64,000 bases of DNA from the human T2T-CHM13v2.0 reference genome, Homo sapiens. The stretch lies in assembly GCF_009914755.1 (NCBI RefSeq), contig NC_060926.1; one strand, written 5' to 3'. The notes beneath the pieces were generated by a model that saw only the letters and a program-made list of their open reading frames with translations, did not search any database and was not told where the DNA came from. Position 1 is the stretch's first letter; each line of letters begins with the position of its first letter. A program made the translations under genes and the position numbers. This document shows, piece by piece, positions 1-16,578 of the stretch.

Positions 1-183
1 AACAAAAAACTCTCTTTTTCTTATTCTTAAACCCTCCTGAAATTGAACCATTGAATTTGTCTCTTTCCTTCCACAAGAAACAGGATATTAGAAGGTAAGT
101 TGAAGAAAATCTATCTAAAGTTGTAAAATTGAGGTATAATTATATTATTCTCCTCTCCTCCTGAAGTTGTCTGGGACTGTGAA

Positions 184-586
184 TGTGGTAGCAGAATAAT
201 GGTCTCTCAAGTATTTCCTCACCCAAATTCCTGGAACATGATGCTACATGGCAAAAAAAAAAAATTAAGATATCATATACAGTAAAAATTTCTATTAGCT
301 GACACAGAGAAAAATTATTCAGGGTTATCCAGGTGTGCCAAATATAATCACAAGACTCTTTAAAAGTGTAAGATGGAGGCAAAAGAGAAACCAGACTGAT
401 GTGATTTGAGAAGGACACAATCCACTGTTGTTGGCTTTGAAGACAGAGGAAGAGAGCTATGTGTAAAAGAATGCTGTCACCTTGATGGTGGATGTTGAGT
501 CTCCAGAACTGAGAGAAAACAAACTTCTGTTGGTTAAGTACTCAGTTGGTGATATTTTGTTATGGCAACCTGAGTAGACTCAGACA
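184..586 (+). mobile_element. MaLR LTR, MLT1C/D-like
   Basis: Begins TGTGGTAGCAGAATAATGG, ends ...TTTGTTATGGCAACC...CAGACA; immediately followed by the MaLR internal start GATTTCGGTACCAG. Confidence 0.75.
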
Positions 587-1765
<1,179 letters not shown>

Positions 1766-2081
1766 TATCCAGTTTCATCGCTTTGAACTTCTACGTCCCT
1801 CAACACACTAGAACAGAATTCAGCAAAGTTCTTTACCACTTTATAACATGGATAGAGTTTTCTCTAATTTCTAATAATTTGTTCCTCCTTTTGGAATGAA
1901 CTGTCATCAGAATTATCATTAATGTCCATTTTCCTACCAACAGTGTCTTTGAGGCAAAGTGGCCTTTTTCTAACATGCACCTCAAGACTCTATCAGCGTC
2001 TGCTCATCCCCAAGTTCCAAAGTAATGTCCATATTTTTAAGAATTTGTTACAGCAGCACCCCACTTCATGGTACCAAAATC
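1766..2081 (-). mobile_element. MLT1 internal region 5' part, antisense
   Basis: CAGCAGCACCCCACTTCATGGTACCAAAATC is the reverse complement of the MLT-int start and abuts the LTR at 2082. Confidence 0.7.
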
Positions 2082-2466
2082 TGCATTAGCCAGCTAGGAC
2101 TGTCTTTACAAAATACTACAGACTGGGTGACTTCAACAACATAAATTTATTTTCTTACAGTTCTGGATGCTGGAATTCTGAAGTCAAAGTGTTGGCAGGT
2201 TTGGTTTCTCCTGAAGTCTTTATTTTTTGGCTTGCAGATAACCACCTTCTCTCTATGTCCTCACACAGCACTTTCTCTGTAGGCATGCAGTGCTGGTGTA
2301 TCTTCCTCTTCTTACAAAGACATTAGTAATATTACATTACATTTCCACTCTTATTATCTCATTTAACCTTCATTACCTATTAAAAGGCCCTAACTCCAAA
2401 TATAGCCACATTCAAGATGAGGGCTTCATCATATACATTTGGGGTGACACAATTCAGTCTACAACA
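2082..2466 (-). mobile_element. MaLR LTR, MLT1B-like
   Basis: TGCATTAG...ACAGACTGGGTGACTT...ATTTATTTTCTTACAGTTCTGG...GACACAATTCAGTCTACAACA matches antisense MLT1A/B. Confidence 0.85.
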
Positions 2467-2525
2467 CCACAATCAACTTTGAAACATCAAGGATCTTGAA
2501 ATAGACAAGTAAAGTGTGCCCTTAA

Positions 2526-2861
<336 letters not shown>

Positions 2862-3607
2862 TCCCAGACATTCTTTGTCATCCTTGAAGTTTAAGTCAAA
2901 ATGTCACATTGTAAGTTTGTGCCTCTTAAGAGCAATTGTTTATTGACAACTTTAGTTCAAGTTAAGCTGTCATCCATTTGTACTTTTAGCCTCATACCCA
3001 CCTGATTATATAGCACCTATCAAATGGAATACATTTTTGTCATCCTACTAATTCTGAAACAATTTGGTGAAAGAAAAGGGCCTTATTAACCCCCATTATT
3101 TCATGTGCTTAAGTAAGGTCATTACTATATATCCTAAAGTATATTTAAAGATATCTACATCTAAATTTTTTCACTCCTTCTTAAGGCTTCACATTTGTTC
3201 TAAAAACTGACAATTCTTTCTGAGACCTTGATGCACTAATTTTATCCTTTATCTTCAACATCACTTTATCACCTGACGTTTTTATCCCAGTATCTATGTG
3301 TTCAGGCTTTGGCAGGTTGTTAGGGGTCTCTGAAAGTTGTTGGAAGGAATCATAGTTTGGTAGGGGTGTATTTTGAAAAATTACTCTAAGGGTGTAAACT
3401 GAGGATTGAAGAGAGAAATTAACTAGGTATAATGGAGGAGGTGAGATAAACTAGGTGTAAGAAAGCAGCTAGAGACAGGTGCTATAGCTCAAGTGAGAAA
3501 TGATGCATCAGCAATAGGAAGTGGTTTGGGAGATGTGGGTGAACAACTACATGGAACAAAAGCATGGTAGAAGAGGGGATTATAAAAAGAGAGGTCTACA
3601 ATGAAAG

Positions 3608-3944
<337 letters not shown>

Positions 3945-6900
3945 TCAGTAAAGTAAAAGAGGTAGGTTCTTTTATTATGTTATTAAAAACTGTCTAGCAA
4001 CTGTCCTTCACCACTTTAAACATTTGACATATCTGGAGACTTTCTTTTTTTCTTGAAGTTTCCAAATATGATTACTCTGCTACCATCAATCATCAAGTGA
4101 GAGCTGATACATTAGAAAGGTAAACATTTTCCTTGCCTGTATTTGGATCTATGTAAATGATTTTTAAATTTTAAATTCTGGAATAGTAGTGACCTTACAG
4201 GAAAAAAAAAAAAAAAAAGCTCTCTTAAGACTTTTTGAGACCAAATTGAGCAAGCATTCAATTTGTATTTCTGTGTTTTCTGGGAAAGTGGCTTGATTTG
4301 AATTTTATAAAATGGTTGTCTATAATAATTCATAGGGTATCTGTAATAATTTTGATGTTGAAACACTTCATAAAACATGGTATATATAAGAAATGACATT
4401 TTAACAATTGGATGTTGTCCAGCATGATACTGTTTGATGAGGTCAGAATAAGTTAGTGTGGCTGATGTAAAATCTAATTTAAAAAAAAACTAACTTTTAT
4501 TTTCTTTTTGGAAATAAAATATCTTTTACAGATAAAGGCCAAAGAGATCATATATCACAATTTAGAATTTTATAACGTTTTCTTTAGTTTTACTGTTATA
4601 CCTGACAAGATGAGTAAATCAGTTTGTTCCAATAGCGACTTCAGTTCATTCTGCTATATTAAAACATCCTGGTTTAATAATTCTAACTACAGATACCAGG
4701 TTTAAAATGTCTATCTCAACTGCACTATTTTTTCATGAGTGCTCTTTTTTATGGGAGTATATCACACATAAATACGGAAGTATAAACAGTTAAAATAAAT
4801 GTTTTCATGAAGCCATTTTTCTCATGTTAAATAGTTTTATACATTTTTAAAAATCCTGATCCTATGCATTCCAAATATAAACATAGGGCTTGTTGAGTAG
4901 AGCTAGCCAATTTGCAGAATTACCACTACAAAACTGTATTTAACATTCTTTAAGACACAGGTCCTCACCAGTAAAAGTTGGTAATTAGAAAAACAAAACA
5001 AAACAAAACAAAAATGACCACATGGAAATTGGTACAACTTGAAAAATAAATGGAATTACAAGTACCTATTTTTTTCTTCTATAGTGATGATTATGTCATC
5101 AGAAGTGTAGAATGCTGTCAAACAGGTCAAAATATAGCTCCAAAAATTTCTGTAGAATGGGGAAAATGCAGACATCTATCTTTAATGAACATAGCAATGG
5201 TGAAGAGAACCAAAATTGTGACATGCCTAGGGTTGCCAAGAGGGCATGCATGCTATTTTTACCTTCAAGCAAAATTTTCCCCTAAGTGTGTCCCAGAGTA
5301 CCACAAAAAGAGGAGGGGTGGGGGAGTCGTGAGTCATACCAAAAGACCAGTGAGTGGAAAGTTCAACGATCCTTATGAAATCACATATGCCACATCAATG
5401 ACACAATAATTCTGCTCTAAGCAAGCATTCTTGGTCTGTACCATATATTTACAATTGCGCAGTCATACAGTGCATGGTATCGTTGTGTGGCGTTCTGAAA
5501 TGACCTAATTGGAACTGGAATTTTCTTCTGCTAGTATCCCTTACTACATGATTAATGATTTTATGATTTATTTATTTGTTTTTACTTATTTTATTTTTTT
5601 TTTTACTCTGGGTGACAGATCTCCTTTCTAGACTCCATAGTCCTCTAGTCCTGTCTGGTTATTGTAACTTATCCCACTGATATTCAAAGCTTAACCGTAT
5701 TCATTTTAATACTGTATTTCAAAATTAGAGTAAAGCTTTTCTGCATTTCTCCTCTCGCAAAACCTAGACATCCATGAAGTGTTCTGAGCCTAAGGTGGTT
5801 TTCTCAACAATGGTATCCTAAAGAATTTATTATATTGTTATCTATGGTTACCATTCTTAAATAATTTGACTTGCAATACCTTACCTTAATTTTTTAATAT
5901 TTCATTTTTTTGAATTGAATGTTTTGAATTTTTTTTAAATTTTAATCATGTACAAATTACTATCTTGCCATTGTTTTGATATATATTTTCCTGAGCTGAC
6001 TAAAAAAAATTCTTGGAAATTTGTCTCCACTATGTGTTTTATCACTCACCTCATTTTTTATTACTTTAAGTGAATCACCTTATGTGATGAGGAATTGCAA
6101 AATTCCAAGTATTGTATCTCTCCTTGTTCCTTCATGTATTTATAAACTTTCAAAAAAAGATTGATAGTTACAATATAAATCTCTTAATAAAAGTCAAGTG
6201 GTAACATGAAAAGTATCATTTGCTGTATTGAATTCTGAAGACATAGAGAATAACATATACCCAAATGTGAGAGTTTTGTTAACGTTTAAAAATAATCTAA
6301 TTCCCATAAGCAGAGGCATGTTTTAGAACCCACAGCAATAATTAAAATGTGGCTTCTAAAGCAATTGCCCTAAAAGCTGGTGAGTCAGGAACTGTATTAT
6401 TACCCCAGTTGTTCCAAGGCTACATGAATCTTGAACTTTTTTCAGAGAGTGCTTTATTACTTAGATTTCAGTGCACTTTGCTTCAATTATTTCTGTTTAT
6501 CTAGCGTCCATTGATAAGAACTCAGCAGAGATTGTGCTTTCTCTCTCTATATATATTTTTCAATTAACTTAAGTATGTATTTACCATATATTTATGTGTG
6601 TATATGTATGTATATTTATTTATTTATTTATTTTACAATTGTAATTCCAAAATTTCAAAAAAAAAAAACACTGTTGGCCCAGTTTGTACTACATCTCATC
6701 CCATTTTTTTACAGAATTATCTCTGAGAAATTGAATCATTCATCTCATTTTCCACAGAGCATAGACACAGAATAACATATATAAAAACAGGATAGATATA
6801 TCCAAAAATAGTTTGCATATGGGGGGAAATGGGTGGGACTGGTGAGAAAAATTACTGACATCCATAAAAAAGTACTAGTAATTAAAAATTTAAAAGAAAT

Positions 6901-7199
6901 CTTTCCTTTTACTTTCTTTTAGCTCTCTTGATATTATTTTTTTTACGATGTTCATAAAACGTCATGCTAACTCCCAAGTATAACCTTCCTTCTGTCTATT
7001 AAGCCAATCAAACACTCTCCATTACCCCAAATTGACAATCAATATTTTCTTCAATATTTGTTTAGAACCAGTCTTCTTATTGTTTCCCGTCTCAGTTATT
7101 TAGAACTCTTTGTTTTTACTCTTGCTACCATCCCACCCTGTCCACTAATCAGTCCATAGTTTTTATTTTTGGGTAAAAGTAATATTTACACTCTCAATG

Positions 7200-8902
7200 A
7201 AAGACTATAGATAACACTCGTGAGAAGAAAAGTTTACATATGAAAATATTCTTGCAAATTCTATTTATAGAAACATAAGAGACATGACTTTCTCTATTTC
7301 TTTCACAAAACTGAGCTAAAAAATCTAGATGTTGCCTAGAAAACAAACATGAAGATACTCTTAAAAACGGAGAGAAGACAAAGTGGCCAGGGAATTTGCA
7401 ACTGAAGAAATAACAGAGCAGTGAGTTCCCTGGCTTTGGCCTTTGCCTCTTCTGTCCAAGTCGTAATACAGGAGAAGCCAGCAAACCAGAAGGCTGCCAA
7501 GGAAAGCTAGAGTAGACAGCCCAGTCCACATTCAACAGGCTGTAAAGACCCACCTGAACACTGCACAGGGATAGTGTCAGAGTAGGCTGGGGAGGAAGAT
7601 GGGGCTTGCTTTCTCACCTAGCAGCAAGTGCTCCGTCATGCAGTGCTAGCAGAGGCCGTCTGAGGTTCGTAGATTTCAGACCCTCCTTGGAGGTTACAAG
7701 GTGTTCCTCTTTCCCCAGTGGGCTAATTTTAGGCCAGGTCTAGTGAAATGTCAAGATTTAACAAGTGTTATCCAGGACACCCTCTTCTTATAATGTCAGT
7801 GGGGGCCAAGCAGGGAAGAGTAATTGTTGCCTTTGCTTTCTTATCCATGGAAGTATTAGTGGAGACATAGTGGGGAGCCTGAACTCCTATTCCCACCGAG
7901 CAGTAAACAAGGATTTCCTCTCCCTCTCATGTGTCAACAAAAGTCAAAAGGCGAACCTAGAATTCCTCTCTTACATGACAGCAACTAGGCAGGACCCCTT
8001 TCTCCTCCAAAAATAGTGTCTGAACTTGCAGGTGAAACAGTATTTTAAGAAGATCCAGATTCTCATAATGTAACGCACAAAATGTCCAGAGTTCAATTAA
8101 GAGCCATTCATCTTACAAAGAAAAAGGAAGATCTCAACTTGAATGAGAAAAAGTAATCAACAGAGGCCAACATGGAGATGATACAGATGTTAGAAATATC
8201 TGACAAAAATTTTCAAGTAGGCAATGTAAAAATATATCAGTGAGAAGTTACAGACATATTTAAAACAAATTTAAAAATGTAAAGTCTCATCAAATCAGTA
8301 GGAAATATAAAGACACCGGTTAGAACTGAGAAATACAGCAGACAAAACATACCTCAATTCTGCCTCAACAACAAAATGGAAAGGATGGAGTTATCAGTAA
8401 AATTGAAGACGAAAAAATAGAAATTAACCATAGAGATATATTGATCAACATTAAGCAGAATTTTAGGAACATGTTTATTGTACAAGTATCTCACTTACAT
8501 GCCATTGGAGTAAAAAAGAACTTAAAAAATAGTAGCTGAAAATATCACAAATTTAGCATAAAGACAAAAAAACATAGATTCAAAAATTTTAGTAAACTTC
8601 AAACATAAACTTCAATAAATCCATGCTAATAAACATTCACAGTTAAATGTGTGAAAACTGAAAAAAAAAAAAAATCTTGAAAGCTGGCAGAAAGAACTGA
8701 TTCATTACCTATATAAGAACAATTCAAATGACAGATTTCTACAGAAACCACAGAAGCTACACTAAAACAGCATAACATTTTTCAACTGCTTCAAGAACTA
8801 TCAGCCCAGAATTCCATATTAAGCAAAAATATTATTGAGGAATGAAGGGAAAACAAGACATTTTCAGGCCAAAGAAAACTAAGAGACTTTGCTGCTAGCA
8901 GA
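7200..8902 (+). mobile_element. Old L1M 5'UTR/ORF1 relic
   Basis: A-rich sense strand with L1 ORF1 3' motifs (CAGCCCAGAATTCCATAT...AATGAAGGGAAAACAAGACATTTTCAG...GAAAACTAAGAGACTTTGCTGCTAGCAGAC); boundaries approximate. Confidence 0.7.
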
Positions 8903-9170
8903 CATTGTTACTGATCTTAGGGGAAAAAAATCACTCAGTTATTCTTCATTAATTATAATGTTACCTATAGATTTTGTAAATGTTCTTTACCACTTTGAGG
9001 CAGTTCATCTCTATTTCTATTTTCCTGAGAGTTTTTTTCATAAACAAGTATTGAATATTGTCAAAAGATATTTCCACATCAGTTGACACGACTAGATTTT
9101 TTTTTAATTTATCTGTTGATATTATGGAACACCTTGACTGATATTCAAATATTGAACCATATAATCACTT
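8903..9170 (-). mobile_element. Old L1M ORF2 (RT region) fragment
   Basis: Reverse complement resembles the degenerate KPTANIILNG...FPLRSGT stretch of L1 ORF2. Confidence 0.6.
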
Positions 9171-9693
9171 GTGGAAAAATATATATACATATAGGAACCT
9201 TTCTCAAACACAAGTAGATGTATATTAGTGGCATAAAAAAGTAGGGTTTTTGTTTTTTTTTCTCTAGAAAGATTAACAAGCAACAATTTGGGAAGTATAA
9301 TTTTTTTTTCAAATTAAATGAGTAAGCATTTACTTACATAAAAAAGGTTAACTAAAAAGGGAGAATGAAGTTATTTTTTATATGTCTTCTCCACAATTAA
9401 TTGACAATAGAGCATCTTTCAAGAGCTCAATTCTCAAGATATATTCTACCAAATCATTGTTACTAATAAAGTTAACAGATACACAGTGCCACTGGGCAAG
9501 TCATTATGAAATATATCTCTGCTACTATTCCCATGGAGATCCTAGATAAGGACAAATAACCAAACAAAAGAGTCCATAAATTTTGAAGCTTTTGTATAAA
9601 ATAATTACCACAGTGCATTTAATACAGCTAAAGATACACTTCAGCTTAAATGATGATATTGATGTGTGTGATTATGGTTAAAAAGCAAAAACA

Positions 9694-10015
<322 letters not shown>

Positions 10016-11064
10016 TCAGAAAGATAAAATATCTTGTTTTAAAAAATGCAATTTAACCTTGACAATTACAGATCAAAGCCAAAACTTCAGAATAAATAAA
10101 TTTACAAAATTAATGCAAGGAGTGAATAGAAAACATGACTACATAGGGACTAAATCATTTTTCTTTCAATGCGTTTTCCAAATGTGGTATTGTACTATTG
10201 AAGTTGAATGGTTTAGAAAGATATATTTAAAGTAAACTAAAGTTATAAAAGACATTACCAGACTCATGAAGGTGCTGTATAAAGGTAAATATATAGATTT
10301 ATACATATTAGGTAAAGCTCTAAATCTTAGTACCAAAGCACAAATACAAAATACTTTCCAAATTAAAATGGTTTTCAAGTTAATGACATGAAGAATATTG
10401 ATCATATTACAAAGGCAGGAAATATAGGAATTATGAAGGAATCATGGAGCATGGGGAAATAAAAGTCATAAATTTAATAAAGATATGTGTAACTGTGTAC
10501 TGTTCAAAAAATTAAATTTCTAGAGTTAATTAAAAAACCATAAATATAAACGAGGATTGTTCTGGAGAAACCAATAATTATGGCTAAAGAACAGGAAATA
10601 TCCTATTGTCTCAATTGCCCATAGGTCCCCATATGTCTCTTCCTCAAACCTATCATCTTTTCTGAATTTATTATTATGGCATGAATGCTACAGAATGTAC
10701 TTTCTCTGAACCTAGAATTATAAGAGGTTTATCTGGTGAGTCACAATGATGCTTAACAGGCAATAGGAACAAACTTAAATGCCATGCACAACATTCATAA
10801 TCAAAGTTGATATACCATCAGGACATTTTCTAAGTCCAAAGTCACACCACCACTTTTATGCTGATCATGGCCTAAACTGGAAAGCCATGTTCATTACTAA
10901 ACACATCCTCTGATACTGATAAGCTTGTAGTGTTCTGTAGAACCAGTTTAATAACATCAATAATATATGACTTTGGTCTAACCTGTCCCATAGTAATGAG
11001 AATAAATAATAATAATGAATAATGATAACAACTAAAATAATTCAGAAACAACAAAACCAACAAT

Positions 11065-11195
11065 AAAGGGCACTTAACCGTGTCTCAGGAGCTACTCTAA
11101 GAACATTACAAATGTTATTTTATTTAATGCTTAGAATAACCCTACAGAATAGGTGTTATTCTTATCTAAATTTACAAAACAAATTGAGGTACAGT
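11065..11195 (-). mobile_element. MIR fragment
   Basis: ATTTAATGCTTAGAATAACCCTACAGAATAGGTGTTATT...TTTACAAAACAAATTGAGG resembles the antisense MIR core. Confidence 0.55.
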
Positions 11196-12021
11196 GGTAA
11201 TCATGTGGGTAATCCCAACTGAATCAGAATTATCCATTTTTTTGTCTTTGAGTGAAGAATCAAGAACTTTTCATATGGAAAGTTCTCCTTGAATATTAAA
11301 GTAACCACACTTTCAAAGGTCTTGAGGTTTCGCACAACTTGGTAGAAAAACAGTTCCCAGGGAATAAATCTCTTAACTCCAGTGTGAGTGCAACTCTTAA
11401 CCTGCTAGCCAAAGAGACAGCAAGTAGGAAGGGGAAACTGGTAAGTGTGATGCTAGAAAATCAGTGTAATTGACGTATATGGTCCTTCAGTAGCTTGCTA
11501 GAGTTCCAGCCAGGTCAAGGGCCCAGATAACATAAGTGGTATGTGAATTAATATTATTGATGGGTTACATATAGATAGTATGACCTTGGATAGTTCAGTG
11601 TCATCTAGCAATCTGAGTTTGGAGTTAAAAAGTAGCAGGTTATAGTTGAATAAATGATCACCAGTTCATCTTGAAGAAAGTTTCTGAGCATTTTCCCAAA
11701 CTGCTGTTGCAAATATCAGTATTTTATTTCAGATTTTAGGTAAGTATCTAGCATCTCATAGAAGAGCAAGCCGTTGTGCCTAGCCCTAGAAGAGTCTGCA
11801 AATAGTAATAGTAGGCACCTCACAGCAGTCAGGCTCATCTTACATGGGGTTTAGAGTGCTTTGAGGCCCAGTCAATTTTTAAACAGTGGACTGCAAGCCC
11901 ACAGAAAATTTAATGCTTTCTTCTTTTCTTCTACTATCAAATATTCAAACAAAATGGCCCTTTTTTAAAACTTGATGTTTTGTGTGTCCTAATACAAGCC
12001 TGTCTACAGAAAGGATGAGGA

Positions 12022-12401
<380 letters not shown>

Positions 12402-12895
12402 TTAGCTGAGCTGACACACCTGCAAATGGAAGGTCCTGTTAGACTTTAAAAAGATTTAATGGGGTGGTATCGTGAAACTCATCTCCAGTCCTTTCTTAAT
12501 GACACCCATGAGTGCTAGATAAAATGATGCAGTGGCATTATGTAGCTAGGAGACTAGTCTTGAAGGGCCTAGGCTTGGCTTGCCAGACCCTAAGAAAGGG
12601 AAGACCCTACATAAAAATGGAACAAATCAGGGCCAAGATATGCAACATTATTGGCCTGGGTGTTTAAACTCAAGACATAATTTCCATTGATATGGCTATA
12701 TATGTTGAAAGGCTCAGTGCTGCAAATCCTGAAAGAAAGAAAATAATATATTTATCACATCACATATAAAGTTATGATCTTCATTGAGCCAAGACAAAGA
12801 CTGAATTCAATGCAACATGTAAATGACTTTGATCTCTGCATAAGGATATGTACAGTAGCCATTTCATAAGCTTACTTCTAAAGAGACATTGTCTA

Positions 12896-13050
12896 GCAGA
12901 GGTTCTTAACTTTTTGTTAATTTGTTTTACAGACTCTTTTAGCAGTCTGCTAAAACCTGTAGGCCTCTACTCAGAATAATGTTCTAAATCCTTCAAATAA
13001 AATACATATGATAATAGAGAAAAACAATTTTATTATAATGTATTATTATC
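12896..13050 (+). mobile_element. hAT-Charlie MITE fragment (MER119-like)
   Basis: CAGAGGTTCTTAAC terminus and CTCAGAATAATGTT...AAATAAAATACATA. Confidence 0.5.
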
Positions 13051-13989
13051 TACATGTTAAGAGCATAAGCCTTCTAAATTAGCTCAGAAATGGGGAAAGA
13101 AATGAGGGTACTGCTAGTCTCAAAAGCGTTCATACATGATAGAATGCCAACCCAATATATTTAAAACTTATCCTATGGGTGAAGGTACCATGACTTAGGG
13201 GAAAAAATTAACTTAAAGAGCATAACTGTACTTTTATTTTGTTTGTTTAACGGAATATGAAAACTTGGTTTTAGCATAAAAAATCCATTATATCATTAAA
13301 GAATATTGTGGTTGCTTCAAGATTACAGCCTTAGAGATAAATTGTTGATAAGGAGAAAAATAAAGTGTTACATATTTTAGAGGAAAATACATATTTACAT
13401 CAAAGCTAACTATTCATTTTAAATATACAAATTCCTGTATAGTGACCAAATATTTCTGTGACCTAAGATCATCATATCGTAATATAACAGACCTTTTTTG
13501 CAAAAGTGAATAGAAGTTATAAAACTCAATTTTTAAGCAATAAACTAAAGAGAAAATTTTGGCACCAGGATAGATTAAAGTTTTTGACTAAATGAATTTC
13601 CTTGCCAACAGGGCTTACAGTACTTCATAGAATCTATTTTCCTGACAGAATAAATCACTGCATGTGACAAAATGCAGTTCCTTAGAAAGGATTTAGCTTT
13701 CCCTCCCAAATCCATTCCCTTTGTAGAAATATATTTTGCAAGAGAGCAGCAGTTCCAAATCTCTGATTTTTTCTGAAGAGAAATGTATTTATACTCAGCA
13801 ATATACGTGTTTACAAGTGGTAAAAAGTTAGCAAATAAATTGAGTAAGGTGAGAGGGATATCAATCTAAAAATGCAAGACTGTTTTTTCTTTGAATTTGT
13901 CTTTGGTGAAATTCAGAACTTCAAATATGAACCTTGAACTTGAATTCTCCCTCTCTCATTGAGTTCTGTATTAGGTTACAATTTTATTA

Positions 13990-14044
13990 TTAGGTTGGCA
14001 CAAAAGTAATGGCAAAAACCACAATTACCTTTGCACCAACCTAA
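13990..14044. mobile_element. MADE1 (Hsmar1-derived MITE), internally deleted
   Basis: TTAGGTTGGCACAAAAGTAAT...ATTACCTTTGCACCAACCTAA inverted termini flanked by TA. Confidence 0.9.
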
Positions 14045-14621
14045 TAGTCGTGTCTTGTTTAGTGAAGACTCAGAGTGAATAAAGCATAAAGCAGAGAAGA
14101 GCACATAAGCAGCAGAAATAGTGGATGTTTCTCCTTACAGACTTTCTCAGTGTGAATTCATACATTGGGAGCCAACAAATAGTATATCTTACAGTATATA
14201 ATAGTCATATACATGATAGGTGTATTTGGGGAGAGGCTGTATAACTTAAATCCTCTTTTCAGAGAGGTTTCTGACACAAAAAGTTAAAAATTAAAGTTCA
14301 AAAACACAGATTCACATATATGAGGGAAAAATGTGTGGAAAAGGAAAAGAAAATCTTCAAATATTGGCTGAGTATATATTATTTTAAGAATATTCATCTC
14401 TAATTATATAACATCAGTATAATGGAAATCTATATTTGATAATAGTGGTGCTTATGATATTCATGTGGTAGGATGTAAAGACACAAAACAGGTTATGATA
14501 CAAAAACACAGCATTTTTGGTTGAACAATGTAATACAAATAGTATTGATTTTAAAACTGGACACTACAAGGAAATAAGGTTCCAACAGCAAGAAACGCTT
14601 CTGCTCTTGATACCTTAATGA

Positions 14622-14795
14622 TGACTGGCTACAGAGCTACTGGGACCCCGTGCAAAACAAAAATGTCAGATCCCTTCTTCAAAAATCCTTGAGGATTTCA
14701 ACACATAACAGCAGAGCAATGAACCAAATTCTGGCTCTCCTGAGCATGCAGGGTCCTGGCAAGTCTACAGGTTGCTTATACATGAAGCTGGCCCT
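14622..14795 (-). mobile_element. MER45A (hAT-Tip100) MITE
   Basis: GTGCAAAACAAAAATG...CAGCAGAGCAATGAACCAA...CATGAAGCTGGCCCT matches antisense MER45A. Confidence 0.7.
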
Positions 14796-15197
14796 CCTTT
14801 TACTTTTCAGAACCTTTGAAAGACTATATAAAGATGGAAAAAAAAATGCCACAGAGAAAATTAAAAAAAAAAAAAGAATTGAAGCCTCAATGTTGTCAAC
14901 AAACCTGTTAAAGTTTGCATGTTTGCTCAGTTAGAGTTAGTTTTTCTCTTTTCCTCAGGGATGTTTTGTCTCTTCACATACTCTTCCAACAACCATTTAT
15001 TGATCACGCATATGCACGGCAAGACGAAATATTGCAGAGATTACAAAGAATGGGATGGGCAGTGTCTGTCTTCATGGAGCCTTGAGTTTCTCTCTCTTCT
15101 CAGCATTCATAACCACATGTCCTACGCTGACTCTCAGAAGACAGCTCCAAGTCATATGTCCCAGAAAAGTAATAGAAGATACCTTTCTTTATTTTCC

Positions 15198-15571
15198 TTA
15201 TTTATTTATTTTATTTTTTATTTCAATAGATTTTTGGGGAACAGATGATGTTTGGTTACAAGAATAAGTTCTTTAGCGGTGATTCTTGAGATTCTGGTGT
15301 ACTCATCAGCTGAGCAGTGTACACTGTACCTAATGTGTAGTCTTTTATCCCTCGCCACTCCCACCAGTCCCCAAAGTCCAATGTATCATTCTTATGCCTT
15401 TGCTTCTTCATAGCTTAGCTCCCACATATGACTGAGAAGATACGATCTTTGCTTATCTATTCCTGAGTTACTTCACTTAGAAAAATAGTCTTCAATTCCA
15501 TCCAGGTTGCTGCAAATGCCATTATTTCGTTCCTTTTTATGGCTGAGTAGTATTTCATGGAGTATATCATG

Positions 15572-15608
<37 letters not shown>

Positions 15609-16285
15609 TATACACATATATCTATATATACATATACATATATACATATACATATATATCTATATATACATATACATATCTATATCTATATCTGTATCTA
15701 TATCTATATACACACACACATACACACACCACATCTTCTTTATCTACTTGTTGATTGATGGGGATTTGGGCTGGTTCCATATTTTTGCAATTGCAAATCA
15801 TGCTGCTATAAACGTGCAAGTACAAATATCTTTTTAATACAATGTCTTACTTTCTTCTGGACAGATACCCAGTAGTGGGATTGCAGGATCAAATGGTAGT
15901 ATTGCTTTTACTTCTCTAAGGAATCTCCACACTGCTTTCCATGGTGGTTGTACTGGTTTACATTCCTACCCCAGCAGTGTAGAAGTGTTCCCTTTCCACT
16001 CCATCCATGCTAACATCTATTTTTTTTATTGTTTTTTTATGGCCATCCTTGCAGGAGTGAGGTGGTATCACATTGTGGTTTTGATTTGCATATCCCTGAT
16101 CATTAGTGATGTTAAGCAGTTTTTCATATGCTTGTTGGCCATTTGTATATCTTCTTCTGAGAATTGTCTATTCATGTCCTTAGCCCACTTTTTGATGGGA
16201 TTGTTTGTTTTTTTTCTTGCTGATTTATTTAAGTTCCTTGTAGATTCTGGATATTAGTCCTTTGTCAGATGCCTAGACTTCCAAG
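15198..16285 (-). mobile_element. L1PB-type 3' end, 5'-truncated
   Basis: TTTCAATAGATTTTTGGGGAACAG...AAGTTCTTTAGCGGTGATT 3'UTR followed by antisense ORF2 C-terminus. Confidence 0.9.
15572..15729. repeat. Compound (TA)n/(CA)n/(TATATC)n microsatellite inside L1PB
   Basis: Directly visible. Confidence 0.95.
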
Positions 16286-16287
16286 AC

Positions 16288-16578
16288 TTTTTTTTTTTTT
16301 TGATAAAGAGTCTCGTTCTGACACCCAGCCTGGAGTGCAGTAGCATTATCTCGGCTCACTGCAACCTCCGCCTTTCAGGTTCAAGTGATTCTTGTGCCTC
16401 AGACTCCGGAGAAGCTGAGATTATAGGCATGTGCCACCACACTTGGTTAAGTTATGTATTTTTGGTAGAGATGGGGTTTCACAATATTGTCCAGGCTGGT
16501 CTCGAACTCCTGGGCTCAAATGATCCACCTTGGCCTCCCAAAGTGCTGGGATTACAGGCATGAACTACCGCACCTGGG
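16288..16578 (-). mobile_element. AluJ-like SINE
   Basis: Diverged antisense Alu with CTCCTGGGCTCAA. Confidence 0.9.

Noticed and set aside
5050-5409. 119-aa ATG ORF in non-repeat DNA, with a GTGATGA box-C-like motif near 5083
   Set aside because: No recognisable domain, and no suitably placed CTGA box D with terminal stem for a snoRNA
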